Shown here in pieces: positions 10,612 through 19,489 of a DNA stretch of 64,000 bases; the first letter of the stretch is position 1; every line of letters begins with the position of its first letter. Source of the DNA: Candidatus Babeliales bacterium (GTDB lineage Bacteria; Babelota; Babeliae; Babelales; JANWKD01). The DNA lies in contig OY969622.1 of the NCBI GenBank assembly GCA_963701665.1, forward strand, positions 256,001-320,000, in the 5' to 3' direction. The position numbers and the translations under genes are program-made. Below the pieces are notes generated by a model, which worked only from the letters and a program-made list of their open reading frames with translations, made no database searches and had not been told where the DNA came from.

Positions 10612-11589
10612 ATGAAGATGATTGAAAAAAGGGGATGGTTGTTATTTTTTATCGGGTTATGCATTGCGACGTTTGCAGTAGGGGCAACGCCACTGACAAA
10701 TCCAATTTTAAAATTCTTGGACGGTATAACATTTGCAATTGATGGTACTACCATCTGGGAAATGATGGTCATCCGTCATGGCGTTAAAAAAATTCTATAC
10801 GGTGTTTTAAACAAAGAAACAGGTTCATATGAGGGTGTGTATCTTTTTCAGGATGGGTACCATTCTTTACACTCGCTTGCAGAGTTCGAACGTACGTTAG
10901 AAGAAAAACGAGCGTATCAAAAAAATCAGTTGGATCAACAGTTCATTGATGCGCAAGCGCACGCAGCATGTCTTGAAGAACTTTCGACGATGACAACAAC
11001 GCTTGAAGAAAAATTCCTGCAAGATTGCGAAGAACAATTATGTGTTATTGAAAGAACGCTCGAGCAAGATGAATCAATCGTGCGTGAGCAGATTCTCCTG
11101 CAGGAATCATTGTATAGGTCATACCAACATGAAATAGAGCATCAAGAAGAACTTATTATTGAAAAATATATCACAAACAAAGAAGCGTATCATGATGCTT
11201 CTATGCGTGTGCAACAAGAATATGAAGTCATTGAAAATGAATTGGCAGAAATTTTTACGCAGATAAAGCAGGATGTATTAAATGTGTTAGCACCATTTAG
11301 AAAAAAAATGGAATTGGCCAAAAAATTCTTACAGAAGCTTGTTGATGAGTTTTGTCGCAACCATAAACGAGGTTCAAGTTTTCTCATTCATTGGACAATG
11401 ATTGCAGATGGTCAAGAATTTGTTATCTTTAATAGGACGATGACAGGTTGTAATATTCTCAATGCATTTTGCTATGATCTGACAAGTTTTTTAAAAGATA
11501 TTATTGAAAGTTGTCCAAAAGGATGGCAACAATTTTTAGAGCTATCACATCAAAAAAAAATTAATGAAATTGGCATTGTTCAAGAATAG
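10612..11589 (+). CDS. Exported hypothetical protein with coiled-coil core
   Basis: Signal peptide; E/Q-rich heptad region; GGGAG RBS. Confidence 0.65.
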   Translation: MKMIEKRGWLLFFIGLCIATFAVGATPLTNPILKFLDGITFAIDGTTIWEMMVIRHGVKKILYGVLNKETGSYEGVYLFQDGYHSLHSLAEFERTLEEKRAYQKNQLDQQFIDAQAHAACLEELSTMTTTLEEKFLQDCEEQLCVIERTLEQDESIVREQILLQESLYRSYQHEIEHQEELIIEKYITNKEAYHDASMRVQQEYEVIENELAEIFTQIKQDVLNVLAPFRKKMELAKKFLQKLVDEFCRNHKRGSSFLIHWTMIADGQEFVIFNRTMTGCNILNAFCYDLTSFLKDIIESCPKGWQQFLELSHQKKINEIGIVQE

Positions 11590-11625
11590 TTGGCGGAAAC
11601 TAGATAAATATACAATAAGTATAGG

Positions 11626-11725
11626 TGTCATTCTGAGACAACGAAGTTGTCGTAGGAATCCAGTCTGATAAAGATTTTCATTTTAAAGACTGGATCACTA
11701 CGTCGCTATGCTCCTCATGATGACA
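11626..11725. repeat. TGTC-tagged palindromic doublet element
   Basis: TGTCATTCTGAGACAACGAAGTTGTCGTAGGAATCCAGTCT...AGACTGGATCACTACGTCGCTATGCTCCTCATGATGACA. Confidence 0.9.
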
Positions 11726-11799
11726 CATTCTGCTTTTATAGAGCTCTTTGATTTGGGAAAATATCATTGGCGCTCTATGCTGAGTATTAAAGGTAGATT

Positions 11800-13986
11800 A
11801 TGGAACCTACACAACAAGTATTAGAGGGAGTTGTTGAACGCTTTATTTATAAAAATGAGCAAACAGGCTATGCAGTAGGCGTACTGCAGGTAAAAAATAA
11901 TAGTTCAGCAATCATAACAGGCTTCATGAGTACTATAAATCCAGGTGAACATGTTTCATTAATGGGCACCTGGATTAACCATGCAAAATTTGGCAGACAA
12001 TTTGACGTCAAACAATGTGTGGCGAAAGCTCCTGAAACTAGTATTGGTCTTAAAAAATATTTGGGATCCGGTCTTATCAAAGGGATTGGACCAGTCTACG
12101 CCGAAAAATTAGTAGATTATTTTGGCTTGAGCGTTCTTGAAGTGATCGATAAAACACCCGAGCGTTTACGAGATGTCCCCGGTATTGGCGCAAAACGACA
12201 TGACCAAATAATGAAAGCGTGGGTTGATCAGAAGCATATTGCATTGGTCATGGTATTTTTACAGGAAAAAGGTGTCTCCACAGCGTACGCCGTAAAAATT
12301 TATAAAAAATGGGGTCATGAATCACTTGCCTTTCTTAAAGAAAATCCGTATCGTTTGGCCGAAGAAGTATGGGGAATTGGGTTTAAAACCGCGGATAAAA
12401 TTGCTCAAAATCTTGGCTTTGAACGGCATTCACTCAAGCGTATCAAAGCTGGTATTCTCTTTTTTTTGCATGATATAACCACCCAGGGACATTTATATAA
12501 TGAACTGCAGGAGGCAAAAACAAAAGTATGTGAGCTTCTTGAAATTGCATACGAAGAACAAGAAGTATCCTTGCGAACGGCGCTGCATGAATTGCATGCT
12601 GCCGATAAAATAAAAGTTATCACGCATGAGACTGAGCACCTTCTTGCACTTTCGGTCAATTATAGTGTTGAAAAATCGGTCGCAAAAAAATTGAAAGCGC
12701 TCGTTTCTTTTGAACGCGCGCATCAAATTTCAAGTTCGGAAGTTTACGCGCGTTTGAGACATGATGAACAAACGAGTGCAAAAGCATTGCATGAAGATCA
12801 GCAACGCGCGGTTTTGGCTGCTTTTCAAGAAAAAGTGGTCATTATTACTGGTGGGCCGGGTACCGGGAAAACGACCGTGGTGAAAAATCTTCTTGCGCTT
12901 CTTGATGAATATAAATTATCGTATCTGCTGGCTGCACCGACAGGCCGCGCAGCAAAGAGAATATTTGAAAGTACTCATAAGCCTGCCGCAACGATCCACC
13001 GTTTGTTAGAATTTGATGTAAGCACGATGCGATTTGTCCATGATGAAACGAACGCGCTTAAAACAGATTTTTTAATTGTCGATGAAGCGTCTATGATTGA
13101 TATTTTTCTTGCGCACGCGCTTTTGAAAGCGGTATCACTCAAAACACACCTTATTTTAATTGGTGATGTTGATCAATTACCTTCCGTTGGCGCAGGAAAT
13201 TTTTTGCGTGATCTGATTGCAAGTAGTCTGTGCACCACTGTGCATTTGACGCATATTTTTCGCCAAGCTCAAGATAGTTTGATTATTGTCAATGCGCACC
13301 GCGTCAATCATGGTGAATTTCCAACAACGATGAGCACTGAGCTGCAGAAAGATTTTGTGTATATCAAGGAAGAAAACCCGGAAAATCTGCTTGAGCATGT
13401 GCACAAAGTATTTAAAAAAATTCTGCCTTTTTATCACATTAAATCAGATGATGCGATGGTATTAGTGCCGATGAACCGCGGCATTGTCGGCACGCAGACA
13501 CTCAATCATCAGTTACAAAATTTTTTGAATCACAGTGCACAAGATCAACTTGAATATCATGGTACACTTTTTAAACGCGGTGATCGTGTGATGCAGATTC
13601 GTAATAATTATGATAAGATTGTGTTTAACGGTGATATTGGGTGTATTGAAGAAATTCAGCATGAAGATAAAACGATGGCGGTTTCTTTTTTTGATCGTAT
13701 CGTCCTTTACGAATTTGATGAATTGAGCGAATTGGTGTTAGCATATGCAGTTACGATTCACAAAAGCCAAGGATCAGAATATCCAGCAGTTATTATTCCT
13801 CTGTTTATGCAACATTTTATGTTGCTCCAGCGCAATTTATTATATACTGCCATCACGCGTGCAAAAAGATTATGTATTCTGATTGGCCAACCGAAAGCTA
13901 TTGCCATGGCAGTGAAAAATAATAAATCGGTGACAAGAAAAACATTATTAAAAGAATTTTTAACAACCGAGTTAGCATGTCGTTAA
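11800..13986 (+). CDS. recD2: ATP-dependent RecD2-like SF1B helicase
   Basis: HhH IKGIGP, ENPYRL, GGPGTGKT, AAPTGRAAKR, VDEASM, GDVDQLPSVG, AYAVTIHKSQGSE, YTAITRAK. Confidence 0.95.
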   Translation: MEPTQQVLEGVVERFIYKNEQTGYAVGVLQVKNNSSAIITGFMSTINPGEHVSLMGTWINHAKFGRQFDVKQCVAKAPETSIGLKKYLGSGLIKGIGPVYAEKLVDYFGLSVLEVIDKTPERLRDVPGIGAKRHDQIMKAWVDQKHIALVMVFLQEKGVSTAYAVKIYKKWGHESLAFLKENPYRLAEEVWGIGFKTADKIAQNLGFERHSLKRIKAGILFFLHDITTQGHLYNELQEAKTKVCELLEIAYEEQEVSLRTALHELHAADKIKVITHETEHLLALSVNYSVEKSVAKKLKALVSFERAHQISSSEVYARLRHDEQTSAKALHEDQQRAVLAAFQEKVVIITGGPGTGKTTVVKNLLALLDEYKLSYLLAAPTGRAAKRIFESTHKPAATIHRLLEFDVSTMRFVHDETNALKTDFLIVDEASMIDIFLAHALLKAVSLKTHLILIGDVDQLPSVGAGNFLRDLIASSLCTTVHLTHIFRQAQDSLIIVNAHRVNHGEFPTTMSTELQKDFVYIKEENPENLLEHVHKVFKKILPFYHIKSDDAMVLVPMNRGIVGTQTLNHQLQNFLNHSAQDQLEYHGTLFKRGDRVMQIRNNYDKIVFNGDIGCIEEIQHEDKTMAVSFFDRIVLYEFDELSELVLAYAVTIHKSQGSEYPAVIIPLFMQHFMLLQRNLLYTAITRAKRLCILIGQPKAIAMAVKNNKSVTRKTLLKEFLTTELACR

Positions 13987-14738
13987 GTACCTTTCCTGTC
14001 ATTCTGAGACAACGAAGTTGTCGTAGGAATCCAGTCTATAAAATTAGTTCATTAAAGGGATCTATTAAAGTTCTGGGTCACCACGGAGCTGTGCTCCTCG
14101 TGATGACATTCTGGTTTTTGATTTTTTATGCCTCATGTTATGCAAAGCCGATCGTTATTATTTTAGATCCAGCAGATACCTTGCGGGAAATTGCTGGCAG
14201 CACGTATGAACGAGGGTTAACGCTCAAATGTGCCGAGGTTTTGCAAAAGAAACTTGAAATGATGCATGAAAACGTGCGTGTGATCTTAACGAGGCTGCCG
14301 GGTGAGTCGCTCGAACCACTGCAAAATGCACACGTTTCAAATCGTATTGATGCAGATTGTTATGTGAGCATACATTTTTATCATGAAAAACAGGCAAAAC
14401 CTCGTTTGTATGTGTATTATTATGCGCAGAATCCTATCACCGATGGCTGGAAAAAAACCGCTCAAGATCTCGCTTTTATACCATTCGATCAAGCGCATAA
14501 TGAAAATAACGCCCTCACAAAACAATGGGGAACTGTTATGACAAACATTCTTGAAAATACAGTCTATAATCCTCTTTTTGATTTTTGTGGGTTATTTGGT
14601 ATTCCTCATAAAGCATTAGTTGGCATTCGCGCGCCTGCATTCTGTATTGAAGCTGGCATACGCCACAAAGAAGATTGGCAAGTCTATGTTGCTCCTCTAG
14701 CGCACGCGCTTTTAGAAATTATTAAGCAGATTCCTTAA
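13977..14738 (+). CDS. N-acetylmuramoyl-L-alanine amidase (Amidase_3)-like protein with a repeat element at its 5' end
   Basis: IVIILDP, YERGLTL, VILTR, ADCYVSIH, PAFCIEAG; start overlaps the recD2 stop; alternative start at 14103. Confidence 0.75.
   Translation: MSLSTFPVILRQRSCRRNPVYKISSLKGSIKVLGHHGAVLLVMTFWFLIFYASCYAKPIVIILDPADTLREIAGSTYERGLTLKCAEVLQKKLEMMHENVRVILTRLPGESLEPLQNAHVSNRIDADCYVSIHFYHEKQAKPRLYVYYYAQNPITDGWKKTAQDLAFIPFDQAHNENNALTKQWGTVMTNILENTVYNPLFDFCGLFGIPHKALVGIRAPAFCIEAGIRHKEDWQVYVAPLAHALLEIIKQIP
13997..14108. repeat. TGTC-tagged palindromic doublet element, in frame within the amidase ORF
   Basis: TGTCATTCTGAGACAACGAAGTTGTCGTAGGAATCCAG...CTGGGTCACCACGGAGCTGTGCTCCTCGTGATGACA. 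Confidence 0.9.
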
Positions 14739-14739
14739 G

Positions 14740-15288
14740 ATGGTATCACGTATGTACATTCTTCCCATTTTAGTAAGTGTCATGGCTTCCACCTGTTATT
14801 TTGCGTATAATCAGCAGTGGATTTTGGTGCAAAACCCTTTTGCCCCCACGCAAACTATACAAACAGTGCAAGGTACAGCACAAACAAAAAAAACGGTGAA
14901 GCTTTTTTTTTGGCACCATGATGCATGGCGTCAAGAAACTACAACGATCTTATGGTCCGATAATCAAGCGGATGCACTTTCATCATTAATAACTCGTTGG
15001 TTGGCTATGATGGATGAAGAAAAACAGATGACCAAAAAAATTTCATTGCAATCAGTTGCGATAAGTTCCAACGATCAAGAAGCAATTTGTTCATTAGATC
15101 GCAATCCTTTTGGCAAACATCAATCCACTTTTGAAAAAATGATATGGATTGAAGGGCTCCTTAAATCTATTCGCGAAAATGGCATCAAAATACTCCATAT
15201 TCGATTGCTGGTACATCATCAACCATTATCCGATGTTCATATAGAATTTACTGATCCGTTTCCTTTGGTAGGATATTTGAATTTGTAA
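14740..15288 (+). CDS. Membrane-anchored hypothetical protein, possibly GerMN-like
   Basis: N-terminal TM helix, VKLFFW, EKMIWIEGLLKSI..IRLLV; directly follows the amidase. Confidence 0.55.
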   Translation: MVSRMYILPILVSVMASTCYFAYNQQWILVQNPFAPTQTIQTVQGTAQTKKTVKLFFWHHDAWRQETTTILWSDNQADALSSLITRWLAMMDEEKQMTKKISLQSVAISSNDQEAICSLDRNPFGKHQSTFEKMIWIEGLLKSIRENGIKILHIRLLVHHQPLSDVHIEFTDPFPLVGYLNL

Positions 15289-16256
15289 GATCTCTTTTTT
15301 GGTAATAATGCATCGCGTTCACTAGATTCAATTTTTGCCTCGTTTAAAATTCTACTTTCACTCAGATGTAAAAGACGCACCGTGTTTTTTAAGCAATCTT
15401 TAATAGTATGTCTATTTGAGCACACATTGATGGGCTTACAGTCTTGACATCCTTCCGGAGGATAACTTGCGAGTAAACATGTGCCGGAACCAACAAGAAG
15501 CGCGAATGCCCCAATAAACCAATCTACGCTAAAGAGCGTCATGGCTGCGATACCGCACCCTAAACCCGTAGCGCATGGCGGGATTTGTTCAAGTGCGCTC
15601 AGGGTTTTTTCTTGTATATTTTTTTGTTTTAATTTTGCCCGGAGAGCATTGAGGGCGGCGATGCGTACTTGTAACCAATCGGTCGGTGTTGTGCTAGGTT
15701 CTTTAAAAAATATACCTTCAAGATCTTTTGGCTCTTTGTTTAAAAACATATCTTCAAGATCTTCGGATTCTTCGCTTGAAAATATATTTTTGAGATCTTC
15801 CGGTTTTTTGTTTGGAAACATATCTTCAAAGTATTCTTGCTCTTTTTCTCCAAGCCTTTTTTTAATATTTTGTTTAAAATTGGCTGCTTGATCGTTGCTT
15901 GATAATAACTGTATGCCTTCATTAAAATACGTTAACTGATTTTGCGTGTTATGTTTATATATTTCTAGATGTTCTAAAACCTCATCATATGATCTTATTT
16001 CGACGGCGTTTATTAATGGATGTAAATCAGCCCAGAGAGGATTTTTATGAGCAGATATAAAGTCTTCAGCAGAAACATGATCGGCATAAATTAAGGGAGT
16101 GAGTCTATATAAATCTGATGTGAACCATGCGAAATATTGTTCAAGTTCGCTTGTTTCTTGTGTCTCGCATACTATGGTAGTTCCCCCGTCCTCTTTCTCC
16201 ATACAGAGCGTAGTGAATAGAGCAAAAAGAGATAGAAGCAGCGTTATTTTTTTCAC
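15237..16256 (-). CDS. Secreted/membrane hypothetical protein (signal peptide + CME) with 12-aa internal repeats
   Basis: GTG start after AGGGGG; TLC-MEKE; two hydrophobic segments near the C-terminus. Confidence 0.75.
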   Translation of the reverse strand: MKKITLLLSLFALFTTLCMEKEDGGTTIVCETQETSELEQYFAWFTSDLYRLTPLIYADHVSAEDFISAHKNPLWADLHPLINAVEIRSYDEVLEHLEIYKHNTQNQLTYFNEGIQLLSSNDQAANFKQNIKKRLGEKEQEYFEDMFPNKKPEDLKNIFSSEESEDLEDMFLNKEPKDLEGIFFKEPSTTPTDWLQVRIAALNALRAKLKQKNIQEKTLSALEQIPPCATGLGCGIAAMTLFSVDWFIGAFALLVGSGTCLLASYPPEGCQDCKPINVCSNRHTIKDCLKNTVRLLHLSESRILNEAKIESSERDALLPKKRSYKFKYPTKGNGSVNSI

Positions 16257-16494
16257 AGAATCCCCCTAGAAACAATTATGTACGTAGTGTGATGATCATA
16301 TCAATTAAAATTATATTTCGTTTTTCAAGTAATTTAACAGGATGGGATCATCCTTTTGAACCTTGCCATCTGAAGCCTATTCAGCATGCATTTAACCCTA
16401 GGCCTCCAGGGTGTTATAATTGACAAATATAAAATATTGTTTAAAATAAATAGTAAACAGGTATTATTTACCTATTTCATTAAATGGAGTTATT

Positions 16495-17829
16495 ATGAAA
16501 TTAAATTTAGCTATTTTTACCCTAATTTTAGGCCTTTTTCCAGGTTTGTATGCCATGGAACAAGAGCAGTCTAATCAACAAATTATTAACCTGAAACTTT
16601 CAGATGGGCAAATGGTAAGTTTTCCTGCAGAAGTTGCCTTGCATTCATCTTTGCTTCGTACCTATCTAGAAGATAATGAGATACATGATGATTCCCCTCT
16701 CGTTGATTTCTCTGAACAGCAATTATGTATGCACGATATCGACGATAGTGATGATAAAGAAAAAATTCATGATCTTGCATTAAATTCTAAAATTGTACGC
16801 GCGGTTTTTGATTGTGTGATACATGGCAAAAAAATACTTCATGATTTAAACAAAGATGAATTGATTGCAGCATTTGAAGTAGGAGATTATTTAGGAATCC
16901 CCCAAAAAACAATGAGGAAATTGACGCGCTGTATTCAAAAAAATATTGCAGAAAATGAGCAACCTCAATTAGTACGAATCTCTCATTATTGCAATTCAAT
17001 TCGCAATTTGTATCGTGATGATGTGCTTCAGGTAATACTGCAAAGAATTAATGTGATTCATGGTTTTGAAGAAATTGAATGCGAGCCGTATCGATTGATA
17101 ATTAAACCACAAAAAATTGACGAATTAAGCGGGATTGAAGATCTTGCACAAAAATATGAAAAAGTGTGCATCCGAGAAATTTGTTTGGATAATAATTCAT
17201 TAAAGATGCTTGATGTTAAACAGCTTATAAAACTGTTTCCTTTTGTGAATATGATTTTTGCTAATAATAATAAAATTGAAAAACTTATTTTACCAGAAAC
17301 ATTGCCAGCGGAATTTGCGCTTTTATTGCAAAAAAATAAGATTAAAGAACTTTCCAATTTTAAATTAGGCGAAAATGGCTACATTGATTTGCGCAATAAT
17401 CCACTTTCAGGTTCTGCGCAAGAAAATATCCAAAGAGCTATGCATCCAACTCTAATAGAACTGAATAGGCCACTAGTCAACACACTTTCAAGTTTTGATT
17501 CTTTCAAAAATGGCGCAGGAAGTTTTTTTCAACAATCATTAATTATTGGTAGTACCATAAGCTTAATTAATCTAGGGTACGCGACAATGAAATATTATAT
17601 GGGTTCTACACCATCAATAATAAGTACATTTAAGAAAGAGTTAATAAGTGACATGAAATCATCTTTTCTGTTAAAATCTCTCGGTGCTACGTTATTAGCA
17701 TCTACAGGCTATGTCTGGTATGTTAGTTATTTTCAATGGAAACATGCAAATGAAACGCTATGGAATTCATACCAAAGACCACTTATTGATTACGATCAAA
17801 CTAGCGAACCCGCAACATTAGAAAAATAA
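16495..17829 (+). CDS. Secreted Skp1/BTB-like + LRR protein
   Basis: LYA-MEQE; INLKLSDGQMV..SSLLRTYLED, LIAAFEVGDYLGI; LRRs ICLDNNSLK, FANNNKIEKL, IDLRNNPLS. Confidence 0.8.
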   Translation: MKLNLAIFTLILGLFPGLYAMEQEQSNQQIINLKLSDGQMVSFPAEVALHSSLLRTYLEDNEIHDDSPLVDFSEQQLCMHDIDDSDDKEKIHDLALNSKIVRAVFDCVIHGKKILHDLNKDELIAAFEVGDYLGIPQKTMRKLTRCIQKNIAENEQPQLVRISHYCNSIRNLYRDDVLQVILQRINVIHGFEEIECEPYRLIIKPQKIDELSGIEDLAQKYEKVCIREICLDNNSLKMLDVKQLIKLFPFVNMIFANNNKIEKLILPETLPAEFALLLQKNKIKELSNFKLGENGYIDLRNNPLSGSAQENIQRAMHPTLIELNRPLVNTLSSFDSFKNGAGSFFQQSLIIGSTISLINLGYATMKYYMGSTPSIISTFKKELISDMKSSFLLKSLGATLLASTGYVWYVSYFQWKHANETLWNSYQRPLIDYDQTSEPATLEK

Positions 17830-17855
17830 CTAAAAATATTCTTTATGGAGTTGTT

Positions 17856-19172
17856 ATGAAATTAAATTTTGCTATTTTTGCTCTCTCTTTAGTTCTATTT
17901 TCAGGCCTACGTGCCATGGAAGAAAAGCCTAAAACACCAATGCCAGAAAAAACTGTCTCTATTCGATGCTCAGATGGTCGAATTATAGGAATTGCCAAGG
18001 ATAAAGCATTCTGTGCATCCTTTATTCGCAATTACGTAAATGATTGTGATGATAGATTGATTCCTGTCGAAGGAAAAGAAGGCTCGCATGATGCGCTCAC
18101 CGTTGATTTTTCAAATAATACATTCTTCAGCGGAGTTGACGAAAATGATGAAACGCTGCTACTAGATCTTAGTGCCGATACATTGAAAAAAATGTTTGAT
18201 TGTTGTATTTACGAGGAAGCAATTCAGCGTCTCAATAAAGAAGAGATACTTGCCGTATTTGAAGCGGGTCATTTTTTAGGTATTGCGCGTGCTACATTAA
18301 GTGCGTTGACGTTGCATGCACAAAACATCGTACCTTATAAAGAACAACCAAAATTAATACAATTGAGTCATTACGTAAATTCAATAGGTGGTTTATATAA
18401 TAGCGGTATGTTAAAAATTGAATGCCAGTTAAAAGATCAGCGTGATGATAATAACGGTTTTGATCTCGTTACTCTTTTTATAAAAAATCAACATATTGAA
18501 ACGTTAGATGGTATTGAGTTATTAGCAAAAAAATATGAATATGATAACCAATATGTTACCAGGTTGGTTATAACAGGGAATAATCTAAAAATCTTGCATG
18601 TTAGCAAGTTGTTGGCAGTATTTCCTTTTTTAAAGGAAGTTCACGCCGACGATAATGATATTGAAAAACTTATAGTCCCGCAGCAATTACCGCCAAAATT
18701 CATGCTCTTTTTGAATAATAATAAGCTACAAGAATTACCTCAATTTAAACTTGGCGAAGATGGCCATATTGATCTACAAAATAATCCTCTCAGTGCGCGA
18801 GCAAAAAAAATAATGGCATGTGCTGTACGGCCAAGCTTTCTGCAAAATAATCGACATCGCCAAAAAGCTCTTTTGAATGCCGATACATTAAAAGAGGCGG
18901 CATTTATGGGTGGTTTTATTTGCGCAGAAATGGGAATCGCTATTCCTTACCTCGTTTTACTTCATATGTATGTATCTCCAGCTCCTTCTTTTGTATTAGA
19001 AATGTTCGCTTCAAAAAGACATGCTATTATCATGGGAGGTTTGGCGAGTATTTTGGGTGCGACTGGAATTGGTTTAGCGCAGGGATATTTTAGAAATTAT
19101 CCTAACGCTGTAGCACAGCATAAATATCAACAGGCTACATTTTTTGTTGATCAAAAATCTGAAAATTCATAA
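17856..19172 (+). CDS. Secreted Skp1/BTB-like + LRR protein, tandem paralogue
   Basis: LRA-MEEK; VSIRCSDGRII, ILAVFEAGHFLGI; LRRs ITGNNLKIL, LNNNKLQEL, IDLQNNPLS. Confidence 0.8.
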   Translation: MKLNFAIFALSLVLFSGLRAMEEKPKTPMPEKTVSIRCSDGRIIGIAKDKAFCASFIRNYVNDCDDRLIPVEGKEGSHDALTVDFSNNTFFSGVDENDETLLLDLSADTLKKMFDCCIYEEAIQRLNKEEILAVFEAGHFLGIARATLSALTLHAQNIVPYKEQPKLIQLSHYVNSIGGLYNSGMLKIECQLKDQRDDNNGFDLVTLFIKNQHIETLDGIELLAKKYEYDNQYVTRLVITGNNLKILHVSKLLAVFPFLKEVHADDNDIEKLIVPQQLPPKFMLFLNNNKLQELPQFKLGEDGHIDLQNNPLSARAKKIMACAVRPSFLQNNRHRQKALLNADTLKEAAFMGGFICAEMGIAIPYLVLLHMYVSPAPSFVLEMFASKRHAIIMGGLASILGATGIGLAQGYFRNYPNAVAQHKYQQATFFVDQKSENS

Positions 19173-19242
19173 AACGGTAAAATATAGTTTAAAGTAAATT
19201 CGATGTTACTATGCCGCAGGAAATGATATTGGAAACAAAAGT

Positions 19243-19342
19243 TGTCATTGCGAGCGAATGCGTGGCAATCCAATTATAAAATTAGTTCCTTTAAGGAATT
19301 AATTAAAGTTTGGATCCCCACGGCTAAAGCCTCGGGATGACA
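19243..19342. repeat. TGTC-tagged palindromic doublet element
   Basis: Nearly identical to 7210-7310: TGTCATTGCGAGCGAATGCGTGGCAATCCA...TGGATCCCCACGGCTAAAGCCTCGGGATGACA. Confidence 0.9.
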
Positions 19343-19489
19343 TTTTTGCTAATTGTACAATTTATATCGAATTCGCGTTAGTTTATTGGAATGCATCCCA
19401 ATGTTGAGGGTGTAGAGCCCCCGAAATTACGCTTATTTAAAAAGCTTTTTTAGTATTTTAATGGTATTGTAGTATACTTTAAGTAGACC

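Noticed and set aside
15237..15288. Convergent gene overlaps (also 31189-31206 and 62600-62639)
   Set aside because: Short 3' overlaps are common in compact genomes; no further signal.
16362..16376. TTGCCATCTGAA resembling a Neisseria DNA uptake sequence
   Set aside because: Single imperfect occurrence; expected by chance.
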